A stretch of DNA of 64,000 bases from Candidatus Rokubacteria bacterium CSP1-6. GTDB lineage: Bacteria > Methylomirabilota > Methylomirabilia > Rokubacteriales > CSP1-6. A program made the position numbers and the translations under genes. Positions 38,283 to 45,706 of this stretch are shown in pieces (positions within the stretch are counted from its first letter, which is position 1; every line of letters starts with the position of its first letter). The stretch is taken from the NCBI GenBank assembly GCA_001443385.1, contig LDXP01000001.1:5285-69284 (forward strand), in the 5' to 3' direction. The notes under the pieces were generated by a model that ran no database searches, had not been told where the DNA came from, and saw only the letters and a program-made list of their open reading frames with translations.

Positions 38283-39650
38283 CTAGACTGCGTGGACGGG
38301 CGGAGCAGCCGTGAAGCTCAGGATCGCCTCACACCAGCTGGCCACCCCCAGGAGTCGATCCTCCGTGAAGGGGGCGGTGACGAGCTGGATGGACAGCGGC
38401 AGGCCATCCACCGCCAGGCCGCTCGGCAGGGCGATGGCGGGAAGGCCGGAAAAGCTCCAGGGGGCGCAGAGCCCCGGATCGCCCGTCCACGTGAGCCCCT
38501 TCGGGGCGGTGGTAGGGGCGACCGGCATGAGAAGCGCGTCGTACCGCCCGAAGAGCGGAGTTACCTCTTCCCTGAACGTCCGGCGGGCCTGCTGGGCGCA
38601 GACGTACTCGACCCCGGGAATGGCCAGGCCCTCCTCGATGAGGCCACGGATCTTGGGACGGTAGGCGTCCCGATGGCGGGCAAAGCGATCCCGGTGGAAG
38701 GCGGCCGCTTCGACCCGCATGACCAGTTGCCCCGCGTCGTGGATCGCGGCCGCTGACGGCGGCAGTGAAACCGCCTCGACGGCGGCTCCCGCTTTGGCGA
38801 AGGCCGACGCGATGGCCTCCAGGTGGGCGTTCACCTCCGGGCTGGCCTTGTCGCCGAAGAGCCCGCGGGGAATTCCCAGGCGCGGCGGCCGCTCGAAGGG
38901 GGCGAGGGCGCCGAGGTAGTCGCCGGCCGGGACGGCGGCCGAGAAGCCATCAGCCGGATCGTGGCCCGCCAGCACCGAGAGCGCGAGCCCCGCATCTTCC
39001 ACGCACCGGGCGAAGATGCCCACGTGATCCAGGCTCCAGGCCAGCGGGACCACGCCCGCGGCGCTGATGCGCCCGTGGGTCGGCTTGAGGCCGACCACGC
39101 CGCAGTAGGCGGCCGGGCGCAGCGTCGAGCCCACGGTCTGGGACCCCAGCGCCAGCGGGATCATTCCGGCCGCGACCGCCGCCGCCGACCCGCTCGACGA
39201 TCCTCCGGGCGTGTGGTCGAGGTTCCAGGGATTCCGCGTCTCGGCCGGATCGGCGTACGCAAACTCGGTGGTGGCCGTTTTCCCGAGAATCACCGCGCCG
39301 GCCGCCCGGAGCCGGGCGACAGCGGTCGCGTCGGCCGCCGGGCGCTCGTGGGCGAAGGCCCCGGCCCCGGCCGTTGTCACCATCCCCGCCACATGGTAGA
39401 TGTCCTTGATGCCCACGGGAACCCCGTGGAGCGGCCCGCGAAGCCGGCCCGCCCGGCCCTCCGCCTCCAGCGCCCGGGCCGCCTTGAGGGCGCCCTCGGT
39501 GTCCAGGTGGACCCACGCGCGGAGCGCCGGCTCGGTTTCGGCGATTCGCGCGAGGCACGCTTCGACCGCCGCCACCGGCGAGAGACCGCCCGCGCGGATC
39601 CGCTTCACGATTTCGGTCGCCGTCAGAAAACCGATCTCAGTCTTCGTCAA
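38283..39650 (-). CDS. amidase (amidase-signature family, GatA-like)
   Basis: 455 aa with the AS signature GGSSSGSAAAVAAG and Ser-cisSer-Lys triad context. TTG start. No gatB/gatC nearby. Confidence 0.85.
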   Translation of the reverse strand: MTKTEIGFLTATEIVKRIRAGGLSPVAAVEACLARIAETEPALRAWVHLDTEGALKAARALEAEGRAGRLRGPLHGVPVGIKDIYHVAGMVTTAGAGAFAHERPAADATAVARLRAAGAVILGKTATTEFAYADPAETRNPWNLDHTPGGSSSGSAAAVAAGMIPLALGSQTVGSTLRPAAYCGVVGLKPTHGRISAAGVVPLAWSLDHVGIFARCVEDAGLALSVLAGHDPADGFSAAVPAGDYLGALAPFERPPRLGIPRGLFGDKASPEVNAHLEAIASAFAKAGAAVEAVSLPPSAAAIHDAGQLVMRVEAAAFHRDRFARHRDAYRPKIRGLIEEGLAIPGVEYVCAQQARRTFREEVTPLFGRYDALLMPVAPTTAPKGLTWTGDPGLCAPWSFSGLPAIALPSGLAVDGLPLSIQLVTAPFTEDRLLGVASWCEAILSFTAAPPVHAV

Positions 39651-39815
39651 TGGAGGGCGTCCAGCACTTCCGCGACATCATCTATCAGGGCACGGGCACC
39701 CCGGGCTGTCGCCACGCCCGTGCCCCGCCGGAATCGAGCGCGCCGAACCCTCTCCACCCCGATCCGAGTCTTCGTCATCGCAAGGCGTCCAGCACTTCCG
39801 CGACGACCTCATATC
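39633..39815. repeat. ~60-bp imperfect direct repeat (period ~127 bp) duplicating the 3' tail and stop codon of the HcyMT::MTHFR gene into the amidase start region
   Basis: CCGATCTCAGTCTTCGTCAATGGAGGGCGTCCAGCACTTCCGCGAC... versus CCGATCCGAGTCTTCGTCATCGCAAGGCGTCCAGCACTTCCGCGAC... On the minus strand, copy 2 encodes ...EVVAEVLDALR*. Copy 1 encodes ...DDVAEVLDALH* and contains the amidase TTG start. Confidence 0.6.
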
Positions 39816-41625
39816 GGCCGAAGGAGGGCATCAGGTACGCGCCGGCATACCGGGTGCGGATCTGCTGGAGGAGCACCTGCGCCATCTCGATCCCCTGCCG
39901 GAGCGCGCGGTCTCCCGCCTCCTTCATCCGCGCGCGCACCGCGTCCGGGATCGTGATTCCCGGAACCTCGTTGTGCAGGAACTCGGCGTGGCGGAAGGAG
40001 TGCAGCGGCAGGAGCCCGACGATGATCGGAATGGGGAGGCGACCCGCGCGCGAGAGGAAGCGGTCGAGCACCTCCAGGTCATACACCGGCTGGGTCTGCG
40101 CCCAGCGCGCCCCGGCCTCGACCTTACGAAAGAGACGCGCCAGCTCCTTGTCGGGATCCACGGCGGCCGGGTTGAGGCCCGCCCCAACGTGAAAGCCCGT
40201 CGGCTCGCCGATGGAGTTCCCCGTGGCATCCAGCCCGCCGTTCATGCCCTGAATGATGCGGATGAGCCCAATGGCGTTCACGTCGAAGATGGCCGTGGCG
40301 TTGACGTAGTCCCCGGCCCGGGGCGGGTCCCCTTTGATCGCGAGGATATTCCGGATCCCCATGGCGTGAGCCCCGAGCAGATCGGCCTGGATCCCCATGA
40401 GGTTCCGGTCCCGGCACGTGAAGTGCATGATGATGTCCAGGCCGGTCGCCTCGCGCACGAGCACGGCGGTGGGGAGGACCGACATCCGGATCCGCCCGAG
40501 CGAGCCGTCGTTGATGTCCACCATCTCGACCCCGCGCTCCTTCAGCAGCTTGGCGCCCTGGACCAGCTTCTCGATGTTGTGACCGCGGGGCGGATCGAGC
40601 TCGACCGTCACCAGAAACTCGCCCGCCTCCAGCTTCCGCGCCAGGGGCGTGGGCGCCGCGGCGGTTCGAAGCGCAGGGGCCTCCTCCCGCGCCGGCGGGG
40701 AAACGGAGACACGCCCAGCACGGGCGCGGGTGGGGACGTGGCGGTCCACGGCGGCGCGCATCGCCCGGATGTGGTCGGGGGTGGTGCCGCAGCAGCCGCC
40801 GACGATCCTGGCGCCGGCCTCGAGCATCTTTCCGGCGTACTCAGCCATGTATGCGGGCGACGAGAGGTAGATGAGCCGCTCGCCGACCCGGCTCGGCAGA
40901 CCCGCGTTGGGCTGGATCGAGATCGGCAGCCCGCCGGCTTCGGGGAGCATCTGCTCCAGGATGTCGTAGAGAACGCTGGAGCCGACGGAGCAGTTGGCGC
41001 CGATGACCTGCACGGGCAGCCCGCGGAGCGCGCGTGCCACCTCCACCGCGCTGCGGCCGACGAACGTGACGCCCTCCTCGGTGAACGCCATCTGGGCGAT
41101 GATCGGCAGTTCGTCCGTGAGGGCGCGGATGGCCTCCACCGCCAGCCGGATCTCCCCGAGGTCCGAGAACGTCTCCACGATGAAGGCGTCCACCCCGCCC
41201 TCGAGCAGCCCTTCGGCCTGCTCGCGGAAGGCCGCGCGGCCCTCCTCGACGCCGATGGTCCCGATGGGCGCCAGGTACTTGCCGAGAGGGCCGATGGACC
41301 CGAGCACGAAGGCTTCCCGGCCCGTGGTTTCGCGCACGTCACGGGCCAGCTTCGCCCCCCGCGCGTTGATCTCGCGAACGCGCGCATCGAGGCCGTGAAG
41401 GGCCAGCTTGAACCGGTTCGCGCCGAAGGTGTTGGTCTCGATCAGGTCGGCGCCGGCGGACAGATAGGCAGCGTGGATGGACTGGACGAGCGTCGGGTTG
41501 TTGGCGTTGAAGACGTCGAAGCACCCGTCGAGCGGAACGCCGCCGGCGTACAGCATGGTCCCCATGGCGCCGTCGCAGAGCAGCGGGCCCTCGGCGAGCC
41601 GGGACAGGAACGGGCTCATCGCCAT
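39775..41625 (-). CDS. bifunctional homocysteine S-methyltransferase / 5,10-methylenetetrahydrofolate reductase
   Basis: 616 aa. The N-terminal Hcy-binding (S-methyl_trans) domain carries Zn ligands (GANCSVG, GGCCGTTPDHI). The C-terminal MetF-like TIM barrel covers FLVTVELDPP...HFTCRDRN. TGATG overlap with aroK. Confidence 0.85.
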   Translation of the reverse strand: MAMSPFLSRLAEGPLLCDGAMGTMLYAGGVPLDGCFDVFNANNPTLVQSIHAAYLSAGADLIETNTFGANRFKLALHGLDARVREINARGAKLARDVRETTGREAFVLGSIGPLGKYLAPIGTIGVEEGRAAFREQAEGLLEGGVDAFIVETFSDLGEIRLAVEAIRALTDELPIIAQMAFTEEGVTFVGRSAVEVARALRGLPVQVIGANCSVGSSVLYDILEQMLPEAGGLPISIQPNAGLPSRVGERLIYLSSPAYMAEYAGKMLEAGARIVGGCCGTTPDHIRAMRAAVDRHVPTRARAGRVSVSPPAREEAPALRTAAAPTPLARKLEAGEFLVTVELDPPRGHNIEKLVQGAKLLKERGVEMVDINDGSLGRIRMSVLPTAVLVREATGLDIIMHFTCRDRNLMGIQADLLGAHAMGIRNILAIKGDPPRAGDYVNATAIFDVNAIGLIRIIQGMNGGLDATGNSIGEPTGFHVGAGLNPAAVDPDKELARLFRKVEAGARWAQTQPVYDLEVLDRFLSRAGRLPIPIIVGLLPLHSFRHAEFLHNEVPGITIPDAVRARMKEAGDRALRQGIEMAQVLLQQIRTRYAGAYLMPSFGRYEVVAEVLDALR

Positions 41626-42149
41626 CAGCCCACCCGCTCCCGCTGGCGGAGGAGGGAGAGAATCCGCCGCACCACCTGGTCGACGCCCAGGCCGGCCGTT
41701 TCGACCACGAGGTGGGCCTGCCGGTAGTAGGGCTCGCGGCCGTGATAGAGGGCGGCGACCTCTTCCTTGGGCTTGCCCTCGAGCATGGGACGCGAGCCGG
41801 ACCGCAGCGCCCGCGCGTAGAGCGCCTCGAACTCGCTCGCGAGCCAGACCACCGTCCCCATCGCCTTCAGCGCCTCCATGCGCCCCTCCCGGCAGGGGAA
41901 CCCGCCGCCGGTCGCGATCACGTCGCCGCGCTTGAGTCTGAGCAGATCGAGGAGGTCGGCTTCGAGTTGCCGGAACCGCGCCTCCCCCTCGGCCCGGAAG
42001 ATCTCCGCAATCGACCGGCCATCCCGGGCCACGATGAGATCGTCGGTTTCGACGAAGCAGCGGCCGAGCCGCTTCGCCAGGAGCCGTCCCACCGACGACT
42101 TCCCGGCTCCCATGAACCCGACGAGAATGATGTTCTCACCCGCGTCCAT
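41625..42149 (-). CDS. aroK: shikimate kinase
   Basis: Walker A GFMGAGKSSVG and a typical AroK length of ~175 aa. Start at Met-8 of the ORF (MDAGENIILVG). Confidence 0.82.
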   Translation of the reverse strand: MDAGENIILVGFMGAGKSSVGRLLAKRLGRCFVETDDLIVARDGRSIAEIFRAEGEARFRQLEADLLDLLRLKRGDVIATGGGFPCREGRMEALKAMGTVVWLASEFEALYARALRSGSRPMLEGKPKEEVAALYHGREPYYRQAHLVVETAGLGVDQVVRRILSLLRQRERVG

Positions 42150-42173
42150 ATGTGCGAAGCATGGTACCACAGA

Positions 42174-42908
42174 TCAATTCCGGCGAACCGTCCGCTCGGC
42201 CGGCGCGCGGCGATAGGCGCACGCCTTCATCCAGCAGCGACGGCACTGGGTGAAGTAGTGGTCCACGCGCGCCTCGGCGCCGATTCCCACGAGGAACGAA
42301 ATGCTCTTGGTGGGCGTCATGAAGCACGCGCTGTTCAGCGTCACTCCCGCGGGGTCGCCCGGGCAGAGGCTGAAGACGAGGTGCTGTTCGGACACGTCCC
42401 ATCCCGCGTAGCCGGGGCTGATGCGATTCGTGACTTTCAGCCGCTCGCCAATGGCCACCTGGCAGAGGAGGTCGTTCACGTACTCCGCGAGGCACTCCGC
42501 CGAGGCCGAGCCGACGCTGTCGAGCATCGCCGCCAGGGGGAGTTCCCGGGATTCCCAGAGCTCCCCCACTCGGCTCTCCAGGGCCTCTCCGATCGTGCAG
42601 ATCGCGATGCCCACGCTCTCGACCGCCCCCCACAGCCGGCCGATCTCGGGAATGCGCAACTCCACCCCGCCCGCCGCGGTGATGGAGTCGGCCCCCCGGG
42701 CGGTCACGGTGACCGCCCGGTACACCGCGCGGGGCTTCATGAGGCGCTCACCTTCCGCGAGCGCCTGCTCGTAGATTTCGGCCACGGCGGGAGCGGGACG
42801 GTCCCTGCCCTTCTTGTACCCCTGGAAACGGAGAACCTCCTCAGGGTCGATCTGGAGGGGAACCTCGGAGATGACGACGGGCTGCGTGGAGAGAACCGAC
42901 CGAATCAC
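42174..42908 (-). CDS. methionine synthase activation (reactivation, AdoMet-binding) domain protein, stand-alone
   Basis: The C-terminal 244 aa of a 443-aa ORF. Residues ...AGGVELRIPEIGRLWGAVESVGIAICTIGEALE...ISPGYAGWDVSEQHLVF resemble the Met_synt_B12 activation domain. GTG start overlaps the upstream stop (GTGA). The ORF's N-terminal 199 aa are antisense junk. Confidence 0.65.
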   Translation of the reverse strand: MIRSVLSTQPVVISEVPLQIDPEEVLRFQGYKKGRDRPAPAVAEIYEQALAEGERLMKPRAVYRAVTVTARGADSITAAGGVELRIPEIGRLWGAVESVGIAICTIGEALESRVGELWESRELPLAAMLDSVGSASAECLAEYVNDLLCQVAIGERLKVTNRISPGYAGWDVSEQHLVFSLCPGDPAGVTLNSACFMTPTKSISFLVGIGAEARVDHYFTQCRRCWMKACAYRRAPAERTVRRN

Positions 42909-43819
42909 TTCTTGCGGGAGCGGACGACCTCCGCGATGCGGCGGATATGCTCCGGCGTCGAGCCGCAACAGGACCCGACGATATCGCAGCCGGCATCGAG
43001 GAGCGCGGGATACTGGCGCGCCATCTCCTCCGGCCCCAGCTCGTAGGTGACCCGCCCGTCGGTCATGACGGGAAGACCCGCGTTGGGGTACGCGACCAGC
43101 GGCGCATCGGTCACCTGACGCATCTCCCGGATGATGACGATGGCGCGGTCGGGCCCGCGCCCGCAGTTCATGCCGACCACGTCGGCCCCGGCGCCGAGGA
43201 GGGTTTTGGCCACGTCGGCGGGGCTCTCCCCCCACATCGTCCGGTCGCGGTCGTGCTCGGGCTCGTACTGGAAGAACATGGTCGCCATCACGGGTAGGTC
43301 CGCCGCGGCCTTGCACGCGCGGATGGCGGCGGTGGCCTCCTGGGGGAACATCATCGTCTCGACCGCGAAGAGGTCCACGCCGCCTTCGGCCAGCGCCTCG
43401 GCCTGCTCCTTGAAGTTCTCGAAGTACTGCTCGTCGCTGGTGTCGCCGAGCGGCTCGTACTCGAGGGGGAGATGGCTCGTGGGGCCGATGGACCCGGCCA
43501 CCCACTTGCCGGGAGGGCAGACGTCGCGCGCGAGGCGCGCCCCCTTGACGTTGAGCTCGCGGGTCCGCTCAGCGATCCTGTAGGCCCCGAGCTTCAGCCG
43601 CGTGCCGCCGAAGGTGTTGGTCTCGACGAAGTCCGAGCCGGCGTCGAAGTACCCTTTGTGGATCCCGCGGACGACGTCGGGGTGGGTGTCGTTCCACAGC
43701 TCCGGGCAGGCGCCGTCCGCGAGCCCCGCCGCGAAGAGCATGGTCCCGTACCCGCCGTCGAAGACGAGGATCTCCCCGGCCTTGACCCGCTGGATCAGCT
43801 CCGCCCCGCGCCCCGCCAT
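42905..43819 (-). CDS. homocysteine S-methyltransferase domain protein (MetH Hcy-binding module, stand-alone)
   Basis: 304 aa with the S-methyl_trans fold and Zn-ligand motifs (VVGMNCGRGP, GSCCGSTPEHI). Confidence 0.82.
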   Translation of the reverse strand: MAGRGAELIQRVKAGEILVFDGGYGTMLFAAGLADGACPELWNDTHPDVVRGIHKGYFDAGSDFVETNTFGGTRLKLGAYRIAERTRELNVKGARLARDVCPPGKWVAGSIGPTSHLPLEYEPLGDTSDEQYFENFKEQAEALAEGGVDLFAVETMMFPQEATAAIRACKAAADLPVMATMFFQYEPEHDRDRTMWGESPADVAKTLLGAGADVVGMNCGRGPDRAIVIIREMRQVTDAPLVAYPNAGLPVMTDGRVTYELGPEEMARQYPALLDAGCDIVGSCCGSTPEHIRRIAEVVRSRKK

Positions 43820-43826
43820 GCGGTTC

Positions 43827-44501
43827 CTACCTCGCGGCCCCGGCGGCCACTTCCTTGCCCAAGAGGACCTTGGCCTTGATCACCGCCAGGGTAGAGTCCC
43901 TGGCGTAGCCGTCGGCGCCGATCTCGTCGGCGTATGCCTGGGACACGGGCGCCCCGCCGATCATCACCTTGACCCGCTCGCGGACTCCGGCTTTGATCAG
44001 CGCGTCGATGGTCCGCTTCATGGCCGGCATCGTGGTGGTCATCAGCGCCGAGATCCCCACGACGTCGGCGTTGTGCTCCTGGACCGCGGCCACGAAAACC
44101 TCCGGCGCGACGTCGCGGCCGAGGTTGAACACCTTGAACCCCGCGCCCTCCAGCATCATGGCGACCAGGTTCTTGCCGATGTCGTGGAGGTCGCCCTGGG
44201 CCGTGCCGATGACGACCGTTCCCAGGTACTGGGAGGTCTTCGACGCCGTGATGAGCGGCTTCAGGAGATCGAGGCCGGCGTACATGGCGCGGGCGGACAG
44301 GAGCACCTGGGGGACGTAGTACTCGTTGCGCCGGAACTTCTCGCCGACGACGTCCATACCCGGAATGAGTCCCTTGAAGATGAGCTCCTTGGGGTCCATC
44401 CGGAGATCGAGCCCTTCCCGCGTCTTCCGGGCGACCGTGTCCTTGTCGCCCAGGATCAGGGCGCGCGCCATGACCGGGTAGTCGAAGTTGTCGTCGCTCA
44501 T
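43827..44501 (-). CDS. cobalamin (B12)-binding corrinoid protein (B12-binding_2 cap + Rossmann B12-binding domain)
   Basis: DxHxxG motif (GDLHDIGKN), and SAL/MTT and GG motifs typical of MetH/MtaC corrinoid domains. Start at ATG MSDDNFD. An upstream GTG at 44519 is possible. Confidence 0.82.
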   Translation of the reverse strand: MSDDNFDYPVMARALILGDKDTVARKTREGLDLRMDPKELIFKGLIPGMDVVGEKFRRNEYYVPQVLLSARAMYAGLDLLKPLITASKTSQYLGTVVIGTAQGDLHDIGKNLVAMMLEGAGFKVFNLGRDVAPEVFVAAVQEHNADVVGISALMTTTMPAMKRTIDALIKAGVRERVKVMIGGAPVSQAYADEIGADGYARDSTLAVIKAKVLLGKEVAAGAAR

Positions 44502-44570
44502 CGTGGCTCTTTCTATCACAGGCAGGCGGGGTTAGCAAGCAGAGGAGGCCGCGCGGGCGTGCCCGGGCGA

Positions 44571-44602
44571 AAAAAAAGGAGCGGGTCGGACGACCCGCTC
44601 CA
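44571..44602 (-). terminator. rho-independent terminator downstream of the third FecR-domain gene
   Basis: Minus-strand GGAGCGGGTCG-TC-CGACCCGCTCC followed by TTTTTTTT, 25 nt after the stop at 44627. Confidence 0.65.
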
Positions 44603-44626
44603 GGACGCTTCGCGGTTCAGCGAGAC

Positions 44627-45691
44627 TTACTTCCGATCTCTCCAGCGCCAGCGGTGGTCGTCACCGCGCCAATGACGAAAGGAATGCCAGGTTCCGCTTC
44701 CTGCGCCGATCCCGTGGCCGTTGCCCCCACTGTTTACTTGACCCAGCGCGAGCTCGGTGCCGCTGCCTTTCCCGCTGCTCTGAGAGCTCTGACCTCCAGC
44801 GGAGCTGGGGCTCTGATTGCCTTGACCGCCTTGTCCGCCGTTGCCGCGGGTGCGGACGTCTCCACCGACCTGCTCGATGCCCCTGGCGCTCTGCGATGAA
44901 ACCGCCTGCGCCACCTGCTCCACCTTCTCCGCGACGGCCGCGGCCCTGTCCCCGCTCCGGGCCTCCTGCGGACGCGGCGGCGTCAGCCCCTTCAGAAGCA
45001 CTCTCAACTCATTCGCGCTGACCTGAAACCGTATCGGGTCCTGTCTCCCGCTTACCCGCACCGCCTCATATGCCCCGATTCGCTCCGCCCGGCCCGTCCC
45101 CGCCAGCGGGTTCGACACGTCGACCAGGCCGGAGAGGGTCACCACCACCGTCTCGCCTGACGCGGCCGCGCTGTCTCCGACTCCGTGCGCAACCTCTCGA
45201 ACTCCTAGAAGCCCGAACGCCGGGGCCTGGACCGGTCGCTCCACCGTTTCGACGATGAAGTCCGTCCCACGCACGGACGCGACCGTGTTAAATGTCCACA
45301 CTTCTACCTGATCCCCCGGCCGCATCAACATCCGCGCCACCGAGGCCCGAATTCTCCCCGATACGAGGTCGGCCACGTAGCGAACCCCTTCGGCCCGCTT
45401 CTCCTCGCGCAATTCCAGGCGGGTGAGCTCGCGCACCGTCACCGTGGCCTTGCCCCCCAGCAGAACACGCGCGATCCCGTTCTTGCGCGCCTCCACTACA
45501 TCGCGCCAGAAGAGATTATCCCTGAACTTGAGTTGGTGGGGCGTCACGTCTGCCCGGGCCACGGTGACCGGCCCGGCGACGGCCATCACCTGACCGGCGG
45601 CTTTCGAGGTTTCGGCGGCGGCCATGCCGGTGAACAGGGTTCCCGCCATCACGCTCACCATCAGAACTAGGAACACGCGTGTGTGTCTCAT
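44627..45691 (-). CDS. exported FecR-domain protein, paralog 3 (Gly/Gln/Ser-rich and basic Trp/Arg-rich C-terminal tail)
   Basis: Signal peptide, then the conserved core shared with paralogs 1 and 2 (VTVAR...PxxLKFRDxLFWRDVVEARKxGIAR...VRGTDFIVET...). The tail GNGGQGGQGNQSPSSAGGQSSQSSGKGSG...WHSFRHWRGDDHRWRWRDRK is unique to this copy. Confidence 0.7.
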   Translation of the reverse strand: MRHTRVFLVLMVSVMAGTLFTGMAAAETSKAAGQVMAVAGPVTVARADVTPHQLKFRDNLFWRDVVEARKNGIARVLLGGKATVTVRELTRLELREEKRAEGVRYVADLVSGRIRASVARMLMRPGDQVEVWTFNTVASVRGTDFIVETVERPVQAPAFGLLGVREVAHGVGDSAAASGETVVVTLSGLVDVSNPLAGTGRAERIGAYEAVRVSGRQDPIRFQVSANELRVLLKGLTPPRPQEARSGDRAAAVAEKVEQVAQAVSSQSARGIEQVGGDVRTRGNGGQGGQGNQSPSSAGGQSSQSSGKGSGTELALGQVNSGGNGHGIGAGSGTWHSFRHWRGDDHRWRWRDRK

Positions 45692-45706
45692 CTCTGACCT
45701 CGCGGA

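Noticed and set aside
39400-41727. 775-aa plus-strand ORF, and ORFs 40608..41387 (-) and 39650..40192 (+)
   Set aside because: They are shadow frames of the HcyMT::MTHFR gene. The 39650 ORF starts inside the duplicated gene-tail repeat.
42174-43505. N-terminal 199 aa of the 443-aa ORF
   Set aside because: It overlaps the Hcy-methyltransferase domain gene in another frame. Only the C-terminal Met_synt_B12-like part, starting at a GTG overlapping the upstream stop, looks real.
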